Source: Marinicella sp.
GTDB lineage: Bacteria > Pseudomonadota > Gammaproteobacteria > Xanthomonadales > Marinicellaceae
NCBI GenBank assembly: GCA_965230295.1
Contig: OZ246001.1
Span: 2,336,001 to 2,400,000 of the forward strand
DNA length: 64,000 nucleotides
Reading direction: 5' to 3'
Shown here: one piece after another, positions 37,701 through 48,135 of the stretch
Numbering within the stretch: the stretch's first letter is position 1
Layout: every line of letters begins with the position of its first letter
Made by a program: the position numbers and the translations under genes
Notes under the pieces: generated by a model
What the model was told of the DNA's origin: nothing
What the model saw: only the letters and a program-made list of their open reading frames with translations
Databases searched by the model: none

Positions 37701-39677
37701 ATGTCCATTCAATACCGCAAAGACATAGATGGACTGAGGGCTTTGGCCGTTATTCCTGTGGTCTTGTTTCATTCTGGATTTCCTTTCTTTGAAGGTGGTT
37801 ATGTTGGCGTAGATATCTTTTTTGTGATCTCTGGATTCTTGATCACCAGTATTTTGATGAGACAATTGAATCAAGGTGCTTTCTCTATTGCAAACTTCTA
37901 TGAAAGGCGCATCAAAAGAATCTTTCCAGCTTTGTTCACAGTTTTGTTGGTGTCATCCATTGTTGCCATTTGGCTGATGTTGCCTGGTGAGTTTAAGCAG
38001 TTCAAACAAAGTATGGTTTCGGCTTTGTTCTTTTTCTCTAATTATTTCTTCATGTTTGATGTGGGGTATTTTGCCGACCCTGCAGAAACCAAGCCTTTGT
38101 TACACATGTGGTCTTTGGCTGTTGAAGAACAGTTTTATGTGTTGTTTCCTGTCTACTTGTTTTTGGCCTTTAAATATTTCAGGAAATACCTGGGTATAGT
38201 TACCTTACTGTTGTTTTTATTGTCATTTATTTACAGTGTCGTCTTGGTTGAATACCGTCCAGGCGATGCTTTTTATTCAACACCGGTCAGGGCATGGGAG
38301 TTGATGATAGGTTCTCTATTGGCCATCTATCCGAACAGGTCATTATTGGCCCATAAAAATGTAGCCAATGCACTGTCTTTGAGCGGTTTGTTATTGATCA
38401 TATATGCTGTGGTTTTTTTCGATAAGACCACCCCATTTCCAGGCTATATGGCCATGATTCCAGTGATGGGCTCTGCGTTGATTTTGTTTGCAGCTCATCA
38501 TCAGGGTAATTATGTGGGTCGTTTATTATCCACGCCGGTCTTCAGGTTTTTTGGGTTGATTTCCTACTCGTTGTATCTTTGGCACTGGCCTGTGTTGGCT
38601 TTTGCGCGATTGTATTCATTGGGGTCTCATCCTGACGATTTGATGCCCATGTTATTGGTATTGATGATTGTCCTTTCATTCTTGAGTTGGCAATTTGTAG
38701 AAAAACCATTCAGAAGTGGTCAGTTGTTAAATCCCAACAGTAAGGTGTTGCTCAATCGTTACAGCGGGTCTTTGTTGGTCTTGTTTGTGACTTTGACTGC
38801 TTTGGCTTTTTCTGATTACCGACGTGCTGTCAAGCGAGAACACCGTTCGCATAGGGAGGCCAGAGTACTCAGTAAGCCCATGGAATTGAATCAATGTGAT
38901 CATTACAAAGGTTCATCACGTAATCTGAACCTGTGTTTTATTGGAGACGTTAATAACCCTGAAATCAGTTTTGCGATGCTGGGAGATTCTCATGCATTTG
39001 CATTGATGCCTGGGGTGTATGATTCTGCCCAGTCTCATGGGAAGAAAGGCATTTTTATTGGAAGCGGCGGGTGTATCGGCTTATTTGGAGTGACCCGCGA
39101 AAAACAAGGCTTTGAGCATTGTAAATCGAGGATGGATGCATTTGCAGAGTACATCGCTACACAACCTGGTATTAAACAAATCCTCATAGCTTCCAGGTGG
39201 GGGACGTATACCACAGGTAAAAGATATAAAAACACCATCGGTGATTCGTTTTACATCAGCGATGAACAAACCAAGCAAATTTCATTCGAAGAAAATAAAT
39301 TGGTCTTTGAACGGGGCTTTGAGCATACCATTGAATTTTTAAAAGGACTTAATAAAGAAATCACTGTGATCACACAGGTGCCTGAGAGTGAATACAGCAG
39401 CCTCGATATCATCAGGGCCAAGCGATTAAATAGATCGGTTGACTTCCGGCCCAAAGTCACAGAATATATGGCACGTCAAAAAATAGCCACGGATGTGTTT
39501 ATGAAGTATGAAGCCAGTGGCGACATTGACTTGATACCTGTGCATGAAAGCATGTGTGGATTAACACACTGTGTGGTGTTCGATGGTGGCAAATCCATTT
39601 ATATAGACAACAACCACATTTCCAGAACTTATGCCAAGAAATTATCACCCATCTATGATTACTTGTTTGAAGAATGA
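37701..39677 (+). CDS. OafA-like acyltransferase_3 + SGNH O-acetyltransferase
   Basis: YRKDIDGLRALAV, GGYVGVDIFFVISG, HMWSLAVEEQFY; GDSHA and DNNH. Confidence 0.9.
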   Translation: MSIQYRKDIDGLRALAVIPVVLFHSGFPFFEGGYVGVDIFFVISGFLITSILMRQLNQGAFSIANFYERRIKRIFPALFTVLLVSSIVAIWLMLPGEFKQFKQSMVSALFFFSNYFFMFDVGYFADPAETKPLLHMWSLAVEEQFYVLFPVYLFLAFKYFRKYLGIVTLLLFLLSFIYSVVLVEYRPGDAFYSTPVRAWELMIGSLLAIYPNRSLLAHKNVANALSLSGLLLIIYAVVFFDKTTPFPGYMAMIPVMGSALILFAAHHQGNYVGRLLSTPVFRFFGLISYSLYLWHWPVLAFARLYSLGSHPDDLMPMLLVLMIVLSFLSWQFVEKPFRSGQLLNPNSKVLLNRYSGSLLVLFVTLTALAFSDYRRAVKREHRSHREARVLSKPMELNQCDHYKGSSRNLNLCFIGDVNNPEISFAMLGDSHAFALMPGVYDSAQSHGKKGIFIGSGGCIGLFGVTREKQGFEHCKSRMDAFAEYIATQPGIKQILIASRWGTYTTGKRYKNTIGDSFYISDEQTKQISFEENKLVFERGFEHTIEFLKGLNKEITVITQVPESEYSSLDIIRAKRLNRSVDFRPKVTEYMARQKIATDVFMKYEASGDIDLIPVHESMCGLTHCVVFDGGKSIYIDNNHISRTYAKKLSPIYDYLFEE

Positions 39678-39767
39678 TGATCATTTGATTGATTGATGTG
39701 GTTTTGAAACAACCCAAATTAGCAGCATTCTGATAGAATAACGAGCTTGCTTTGCAAATTAAAAAAT

Positions 39768-40742
39768 ATGTTAAATCTAAAAAAACAATTTTCAATTCCC
39801 AAAAAACAATTGAGTGAATGGTATTCACGCAGTGTTGCAGAAAGGAATGAATTGAATAACCAGTTCATTGATAGCAAGTTAATTGACTGGGAAGAGATGA
39901 AGGACAATACCCCGGTCAGAAAAATCAAACCATTTCATGTCAAAACCAACGTGGTGTTTTTTCATATTCCCAAGACTGCAGGGACCACATTAGATTTTGT
40001 GATCAGCAAAAACTTACCCATTTGGGGTATTTTTAAACAACATGGAGCTGATTTCGATCGAAATGTTGCGGCTTTTTATAAGTCTGGCGATGGGCCCAAA
40101 ACAGTCATGGGCCACAATGAACTGAACGATTATTTTTATCAACTTTTAACCAGAGAGCGATTGATACACATCACCACCATCAGAGAGCCAGTGGCTCGAG
40201 TGGTTTCATATTATGATTTTCTACGGGCACAGCCTGCCCACCCAAGCCATCATTTGGCGGTCAATATGTCATTGGCGGAGTTTGTCCAGTCACCTAAGTC
40301 AGACGAAGTCAATAATGCACAGTCATACAGGTTACTTGGTCTGTTAAAACACAATCAATATAAATCAGAAAAAAGGTCCGAACAAGAATTGATAGAAGCC
40401 AGTATCAAACAACTTTCTGATCGGTTTACCTTGTTTGGCACCACTCGCCAATTCGATGCCTTTCTATTGATGATGTCAAAATTGATGAACTGGCAAGATG
40501 TCTATTATAAAAAACAAAATGTAACCAATAAAAAGTTCAAAACTGATTTGAATGATGTGCCAGAAGAAGTCATACAAATCATTAAAGAATACAACAAAGT
40601 AGATATAGGGCTTTATGATCAGGCAGAGCAATTGTTCGATAAGCGGGCGGCTGAGTTGAACATCACAGATGAAGTGGTTGAAGCTTATCGTGCCAGGAAT
40701 AAAAAATACCAAGCCCTTATCGTCCAAAATCAAAAGTTTTGA
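39768..40742 (+). CDS. Sulfotransferase (family 2-like domain)
   Basis: FFHIPKTAGTT and IREPVARVVSYY; start codon uncertain (ORF opens at 39747). Confidence 0.85.
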   Translation: MLNLKKQFSIPKKQLSEWYSRSVAERNELNNQFIDSKLIDWEEMKDNTPVRKIKPFHVKTNVVFFHIPKTAGTTLDFVISKNLPIWGIFKQHGADFDRNVAAFYKSGDGPKTVMGHNELNDYFYQLLTRERLIHITTIREPVARVVSYYDFLRAQPAHPSHHLAVNMSLAEFVQSPKSDEVNNAQSYRLLGLLKHNQYKSEKRSEQELIEASIKQLSDRFTLFGTTRQFDAFLLMMSKLMNWQDVYYKKQNVTNKKFKTDLNDVPEEVIQIIKEYNKVDIGLYDQAEQLFDKRAAELNITDEVVEAYRARNKKYQALIVQNQKF

Positions 40743-40826
40743 TGGCGATATGAAAGCCTATATAATTTAATCAATTGAAGCTGGAGTTTAATCAATTCTG
40801 GGTTTATAAAATGGTAAGCATATAAA

Positions 40827-42122
40827 GTGATGAATAAGAAGATGAATATTCTGGTTGATGGATTCAATTTAGGTTTGAAAAAGGGTTCAGGCATCAAAAC
40901 TTATGGCATGACTTTGTTGGATGCTTATGAGCTGCTGGATCATGAAGTTGGAATTTTGTTGGATAACCAATTCCTGACCGGTAAAGATCAATTGTTAGAC
41001 GAGGTCAGTTTGTTCGATCAGGATGAAATCAGACCCAAGGCCATGTTTGATTTTCGCCTGCTCAGCCACATCAAAACCCTCAGTTACTATTTCAGAAAAA
41101 GAAAAGGCAATTATGTAGTGCCTAAAATCACTGAGCCAGATCCGGAAAATTATTTGTCTCATGTGGGCGGTAAGAAATACCACTATATTGAAAATATTGG
41201 AGATGTTTATAACACGGCCAACCGGTTGTTTGCAGTCACCAAAAAAATCACTCAATTAAAGCTCAAGAAACAACCCGATATCTTTCATTTAACCACACCA
41301 TGGCCCTTAACAGTCAAAGGAGCGAAAACTGTGGTCACCATTCATGATTTAATCCCTTTGAAAATACCGTTCACCACTTTAGATTTGAAAGTCCATTTTT
41401 ATGAACTATTTAAATGGGCAGCTACCACAGCTGATCTGATATTGGCTGTATCCGAACATACCAAACAGGACATCATGGAAATTTATGATGTACCTGAAGA
41501 AAAGATCAAAGTGACTTATCAATCTTACAAAGGTGGCAACATTGAGATTAAGAAAGAAGACGCCGCCGTCTATCTGAAATCTAAGCAGTTAGAGGCTGAG
41601 AAGTACATTTTATTCGTTGGTAACATCGAGCCTAAGAAAAACATCAAGCAATTGATCAGGGCGTTTGCATACATCAAAAAAGGTTATAAATTGGCCATAG
41701 TTGGTCATAAAGCTTGGATGTCTGACTCACAATTGGTTGGGCTGAAAAGCTATCTAAAGAAAAAAGAATATGTGATGTTGGACTATGTCACTGAAGAAGA
41801 ATTGGCCATGTTGTATGGTAATGCTTTTTGTATGGTGTTCCCATCATTGTACGAAGGTTTTGGCTTGCCAGTCCTGGAAGCCATGCAAAACAATTGCCCA
41901 GTCATTTGTTCTGATCGATCTTCGTTGCCTGAAGTGGCTGGAGATGCGGCTTTGTATGTTGACCCTTATAAGTTCACAGACATCAGAGATCAGTTAGATA
42001 AACTGATCGCCGATCCTCAATTACGTCAGGAAATGATCGAAAAGGGCAAAGCACGGGTTGAATTTTTCAGTCCAGAAAATTATGCCAGACGATTGCACGA
42101 GGCCTATGAAGGCCTCATCTAA
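40827..42122 (+). CDS. GT4 glycosyltransferase (MtfB/WbpX-like)
   Basis: SGIKTY, VTIHDLIP, VGNIEPKKN, FPSLYEGFGLPVLEAM. Confidence 0.9.
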   Translation: MMNKKMNILVDGFNLGLKKGSGIKTYGMTLLDAYELLDHEVGILLDNQFLTGKDQLLDEVSLFDQDEIRPKAMFDFRLLSHIKTLSYYFRKRKGNYVVPKITEPDPENYLSHVGGKKYHYIENIGDVYNTANRLFAVTKKITQLKLKKQPDIFHLTTPWPLTVKGAKTVVTIHDLIPLKIPFTTLDLKVHFYELFKWAATTADLILAVSEHTKQDIMEIYDVPEEKIKVTYQSYKGGNIEIKKEDAAVYLKSKQLEAEKYILFVGNIEPKKNIKQLIRAFAYIKKGYKLAIVGHKAWMSDSQLVGLKSYLKKKEYVMLDYVTEEELAMLYGNAFCMVFPSLYEGFGLPVLEAMQNNCPVICSDRSSLPEVAGDAALYVDPYKFTDIRDQLDKLIADPQLRQEMIEKGKARVEFFSPENYARRLHEAYEGLI

Positions 42123-43476
42123 TCAAAGGTTTAAATGGTTACCAGATTGGTTACACACAAAATCCAAGAAAAAAGCCAATCCTGCCAGTTATTTCGTACA
42201 CATTCCGAAGACAGCAGGTACCAGTTTCATTGTTTTACTAGATCGTTTTTATGCCGCTGAGAAAATCTATCCACACCAGTTGTGGCGTGAAACTCAAGAA
42301 ATCGATGTGGATGCCAATGATGCCTATGACTTATATAGGGGGCATTTTGGTGGTGGTGGCGTTTCAGTACTGACCCGCAGGGACCTTGAGTATTTCACCC
42401 TGTTGCGTGATCCGAATTCAATGGCCCAGTCAACCTATCAATTTGTGAAACGAGAAAAAAATACCAAAGTACATGAGCTGGTCGTACAACAGCAAATGAG
42501 TTTTTCCGATTTTTTACAACACCACATCACTTCACCATTGGTCAAAAATCGTTTGATCAGGAACATTTCATTTGATTTTGTTGATGACCCTGCAGCACAA
42601 GAAGTGTTTTTGTCAGCAGAAACCATTCAGTATTTACAGTCCATTATCGAACAACAGAAACCAGCCATTGATGATGATCAGCGCTTGCTGCGTGCCAAAG
42701 AATTTTTGGTGTCTTGTCGCTGGTTTGGGTTGTTGGAACGATTTGATGAGTCCATGCAATTGTTGTGCTACACCATGCATTGGCCTCCTGTTGGCAGCAG
42801 TCAAAAATTGAACACCCACAAACATGCGCTTACAGTCTCTGAAGCTGAGACTGATATACTGGAAAGACTCAATCAACAAGACACCGCATTTTATTCTTTT
42901 GCCAGTACTTTGTTTGAACAAAGGTTGGCCGATATGAAATCATCGTTGGATCAATTAAGAACCTCTGAGTGTCAAAGTACTGATGACTTATTGGACCAGC
43001 GATACCAACAGCATCAAGCTCAAGTGATGGCTGATCAATTGCCTGCTGAATTGTCTTATGGTTTTGATCAGGCCTTATTAGGCAGCCAATGGCATCGACG
43101 TGAACTGATGCACCCTGAAAATGAATATTTTCGATGGACGGGTCCAGGCAGTGTGTCAAGTATAGACTTTTGGGTACAGCCCAAAGAATATACCATTACC
43201 ATGCGCCTGATCAACGCCACAGATGTGGCTGTTTTGGATGGTTTGATATTGACCCTGAACGGGCAACCTGCCCAATGGAAAACCAATGATACCGGTTTGG
43301 TGAGAATCTTGTCTTTAAGTTGTGAAAAAGAAATGATCCATAGCAATGGTTTGCTGCGCCTGGGAATTCAGTGCAATGCAATGACCAGTCACCAGCAAGC
43401 ATTTGGTTCCGATGATGAAAGGCTTGTCGGTGTGGCGATACATTGGATAAAATTTAAACATGTCAGCAGCCAATAA
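42106..43476 (+). CDS. Sulfotransferase (family 2-like) with C-terminal beta-sandwich domain
   Basis: YFVHIPKTAGTS, LLRDP; C-terminal WH.RE...FRWTG...DERLVGVA; start MKASS at 42106 overlaps the GT4 gene. Confidence 0.82.
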   Translation: MKASSNQRFKWLPDWLHTKSKKKANPASYFVHIPKTAGTSFIVLLDRFYAAEKIYPHQLWRETQEIDVDANDAYDLYRGHFGGGGVSVLTRRDLEYFTLLRDPNSMAQSTYQFVKREKNTKVHELVVQQQMSFSDFLQHHITSPLVKNRLIRNISFDFVDDPAAQEVFLSAETIQYLQSIIEQQKPAIDDDQRLLRAKEFLVSCRWFGLLERFDESMQLLCYTMHWPPVGSSQKLNTHKHALTVSEAETDILERLNQQDTAFYSFASTLFEQRLADMKSSLDQLRTSECQSTDDLLDQRYQQHQAQVMADQLPAELSYGFDQALLGSQWHRRELMHPENEYFRWTGPGSVSSIDFWVQPKEYTITMRLINATDVAVLDGLILTLNGQPAQWKTNDTGLVRILSLSCEKEMIHSNGLLRLGIQCNAMTSHQQAFGSDDERLVGVAIHWIKFKHVSSQ

Positions 43477-44719
43477 ACCCATATTTATCACCGGCCGGTT
43501 TCGTTCAGGGACTTCGTTTTTGTGGCAGTTGTTTGATCAACTGGAGGATTACTGTGCTTGGTATGAACCCTTGCACCCACAATTACTGACCGCCATTCAT
43601 TATGTGAAACCCAAAGAAGATCATGTCGGAGTTAAGGATTATTGGTCTGCGTATCGTCAACACCCGGAATTTGCCAAAAACTATTCGTCAGATTTTGCCA
43701 CCCAAAAGTTGTACCTGGAAAGCAAACATGACTACCACGAGTTGGAATCCTATATCAAACATTTGATTTTGCTGTCTGGATCAAAAACGCCTGTGTTGCA
43801 ATTCAATCGAGTTGATTTGCGTTTGGGTTGGTTGCGAGCTAAATTTCCTCAGGCCAGGATTATTCACATTGAACGCAACCCCTTGCAGCTGTATTATTCA
43901 CAGCGAAAACACATTGATGAAGACAGTCGACACCAAGAAGATTATTGGGATGCCTATGAATTGATGCCATGGTGTCATGGACTTTACCAAGAGTTTCCAT
44001 TTCTGTTGGACGGCGCACCGGATCAACATGCATTTTATCGATTCTATGCCTTGTATCAATTGTCAAAATGGAATGCGGCCAAATACGCCAATCAATCCAT
44101 CAATTTAGATGTGGATGTCTTTCAAAGTGATGCTTTTATAGCCAAGTTGAACCAGGTTGTGCCTTTATCTTTACAACAACAATCTCAGATCAAAGCCATG
44201 ACCCATGTACCAGAACAAAGGATGTTTGCGGCTGAATATGTTGAAGCAATGGCAAACATCATGACTACAGTTGATCTTAAGCTGGCCGAAGCCGGGTTGA
44301 CTGAAAATTTCCCGCACAGGTCGTTGTTGGCGATACAGTTCCAACACCCTGATTTTTGGTCTCAATTCAAATCATCTCAACAAGATTTATTGGCATTAGA
44401 AAAAGCCACAGACAAGCTGGCCAATGAAGTTAACAGGATTCATCAAGAGAACCAATATTACCTCAGGGAGATTGATACTTTGTCTGGCAACAGCCATGAG
44501 CTAGATGGACTGCCTGAGGGCATTCTTGATGTAGATAAAATCACACTGCCCACAAAAAAAACGGCCGAAAGTTTGTTGATATACTTCGACCAGTTGACCA
44601 ATGCCATGACACAAATTCTGGCCATCAATGCTTATTTGGATCCAGAGTTTTATGCTTTGAAAGATGCGGCCGATGGCAAGCAAACGCCAGTTGAACCCGA
44701 TGGCGAGAAAGACTCATGA
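43460..44719 (+). CDS. Sulfotransferase (Sulfotransfer_3-like) with helical C-terminal extension
   Basis: PIFITGRFRSGTS, YEPLH, IHIERNP...SQ. Confidence 0.8.
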   Translation: MSAANKPIFITGRFRSGTSFLWQLFDQLEDYCAWYEPLHPQLLTAIHYVKPKEDHVGVKDYWSAYRQHPEFAKNYSSDFATQKLYLESKHDYHELESYIKHLILLSGSKTPVLQFNRVDLRLGWLRAKFPQARIIHIERNPLQLYYSQRKHIDEDSRHQEDYWDAYELMPWCHGLYQEFPFLLDGAPDQHAFYRFYALYQLSKWNAAKYANQSINLDVDVFQSDAFIAKLNQVVPLSLQQQSQIKAMTHVPEQRMFAAEYVEAMANIMTTVDLKLAEAGLTENFPHRSLLAIQFQHPDFWSQFKSSQQDLLALEKATDKLANEVNRIHQENQYYLREIDTLSGNSHELDGLPEGILDVDKITLPTKKTAESLLIYFDQLTNAMTQILAINAYLDPEFYALKDAADGKQTPVEPDGEKDS

Positions 44720-45351
44720 ACAAAACCAAAAGAACAGAAATATTTACCCGCTGGCGCAACATCAACCCCAAACCCACCACGGAGTTGGAATTTTCATCTC
44801 CATTCGAGTTGTTGGTGGCGGTGGCACTTTCAGCCCAATCGACTGATGTGGGTGTCAACAAAGCGACCAGCAGACTGTTCCCTGTGGCGAATACCCCTGC
44901 AGCCATTTTGGCCTTGGGTGAAGAAGGCTTGAAGAACTACATCAAAACCATTGGTTTGTATAACTCAAAAGCCAAGCACATCATCCAAACCTGCCAAATA
45001 TTAATTGAGCGTTTTGATTCGGTGGTACCTGAAAACCGTGAGGATCTAGAGTCCTTGCCTGGCGTGGGACGAAAAACCGCCAATGTGATTTTGAACACAG
45101 CCTTTGGTCAGCCTACCATGGCGGTGGACACCCACATTTATCGGGTTTCTAACCGCACCAAAATAGCACCGGGTAAGAACGTTCTAGAAGTTGAAAAAAG
45201 GCTGGTGCGTTTGATACCCAAAGAATTTATGGTCGATGCCCACCATTGGTTGATCCTACACGGCCGTTATGTCTGTAAAGCACGTAAGCCGATGTGTGGT
45301 GAATGCGTGATCGTGGATTTGTGTGAATTCAATAAGAAGGTGTTGGATTGA
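44716..45351 (+). CDS. nth: Endonuclease III
   Basis: LSAQSTD, HhH LPGVGRKTANV, AVDTH, 4Fe-4S motif C-X6-C-X2-C-X5-C. Confidence 0.97.
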   Translation: MNKTKRTEIFTRWRNINPKPTTELEFSSPFELLVAVALSAQSTDVGVNKATSRLFPVANTPAAILALGEEGLKNYIKTIGLYNSKAKHIIQTCQILIERFDSVVPENREDLESLPGVGRKTANVILNTAFGQPTMAVDTHIYRVSNRTKIAPGKNVLEVEKRLVRLIPKEFMVDAHHWLILHGRYVCKARKPMCGECVIVDLCEFNKKVLD

Positions 45352-45366
45352 ATATCACTTCTGATT

Positions 45367-45483
45367 CGTCATCCTGCGACTTGATCGCAGGATCCAGGTT
45401 GGTTGATCCATAATCAATTCATAATACTTAAATAGAATTCATCACTTACTGCCTGGATGCTCTGGTCAAGCCACAGCATGACG
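45367..45483. repeat. Inverted pair of CGTC-tagged REP-like elements
   Basis: CGTCATCCTGCGA-CTTGA-TCGCAGGATCCAGG (45367+) and, on the minus strand from 45483, CGTCATGCTGTGG-CTTGA-CCAGAGCATCCAGG; between convergent nth and aroE. Confidence 0.85.
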
Positions 45484-45494
45484 TTGTTTTTCAT

Positions 45495-47317
<1,823 letters not shown>

Positions 47318-47361
47318 CTAAAATTTCACCCCATTACTCATATTCATCAGAAAAACAAACC

Positions 47362-48132
47362 ATGGCCATTGTCATCAAAACACCTGAACAAATTGAAAAA
47401 ATGCGTGAAGCCGGTAAAAATGCAGCTGAAGTGCTGGATTTAATCGGAGAACACGTCAAGCCCGGTGTTTCAACCTTGGAATTAGACGACATCTGCCACC
47501 GCCACATCGTGGAGGTGCAAAAATGCATTCCAGCACCTTTGAATTACCGGGGTTTCCCCAAATCCATTTGTACCTCCGTCAATCAAGTGATTTGTCATGG
47601 CATACCCGATGAGAAAAAGATCCTCAAAGACGGTGACATCATCAACATCGATGTGACGGTTATTAAAGACGGTTGGCATGGAGACACGTCCCGCATGTTT
47701 TTTGTGGGAGAACCCAAGACCCGGGCCAAAAGGTTGGTGGATGTGACCTATCAAGCCATGAAAACCGGCATTCAAATGGTAAAACCAGGTGTGAGGCTGG
47801 GTGACATTGGTGCGGCCATTCAGGCTTTGGCCTACAAAAACCGCTATTCAGTGGTTTATGAATACTGCGGTCATGGCATCGGTCAAACCTTTCATGAAGA
47901 CCCACAAGTTTTGCACTATGGTCGTGCAGGCACAGGTGTGGTGTTAGAGGAGGGCATGACTTTCACCATTGAACCTATGATCAATTTGGGTAAGCGCCAC
48001 AGCAAATTGTTGGGTGATGGTTGGACAGTGGTGACCAAAGATCGCAGCCTATCGGCACAATTTGAGCACACCATTGCGGTCACCAAAGATGGCTATGACG
48101 TGTTGACCGAATCGCCAAACTATCCCCTGTAA
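47362..48132 (+). CDS. map: Type I methionine aminopeptidase
   Basis: CTSVNQVICHGIP, GHGIG..FHE.P, FTIEPMIN, SAQFEHT. Confidence 0.97.
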   Translation: MAIVIKTPEQIEKMREAGKNAAEVLDLIGEHVKPGVSTLELDDICHRHIVEVQKCIPAPLNYRGFPKSICTSVNQVICHGIPDEKKILKDGDIINIDVTVIKDGWHGDTSRMFFVGEPKTRAKRLVDVTYQAMKTGIQMVKPGVRLGDIGAAIQALAYKNRYSVVYEYCGHGIGQTFHEDPQVLHYGRAGTGVVLEEGMTFTIEPMINLGKRHSKLLGDGWTVVTKDRSLSAQFEHTIAVTKDGYDVLTESPNYPL

Positions 48133-48135
48133 TCC

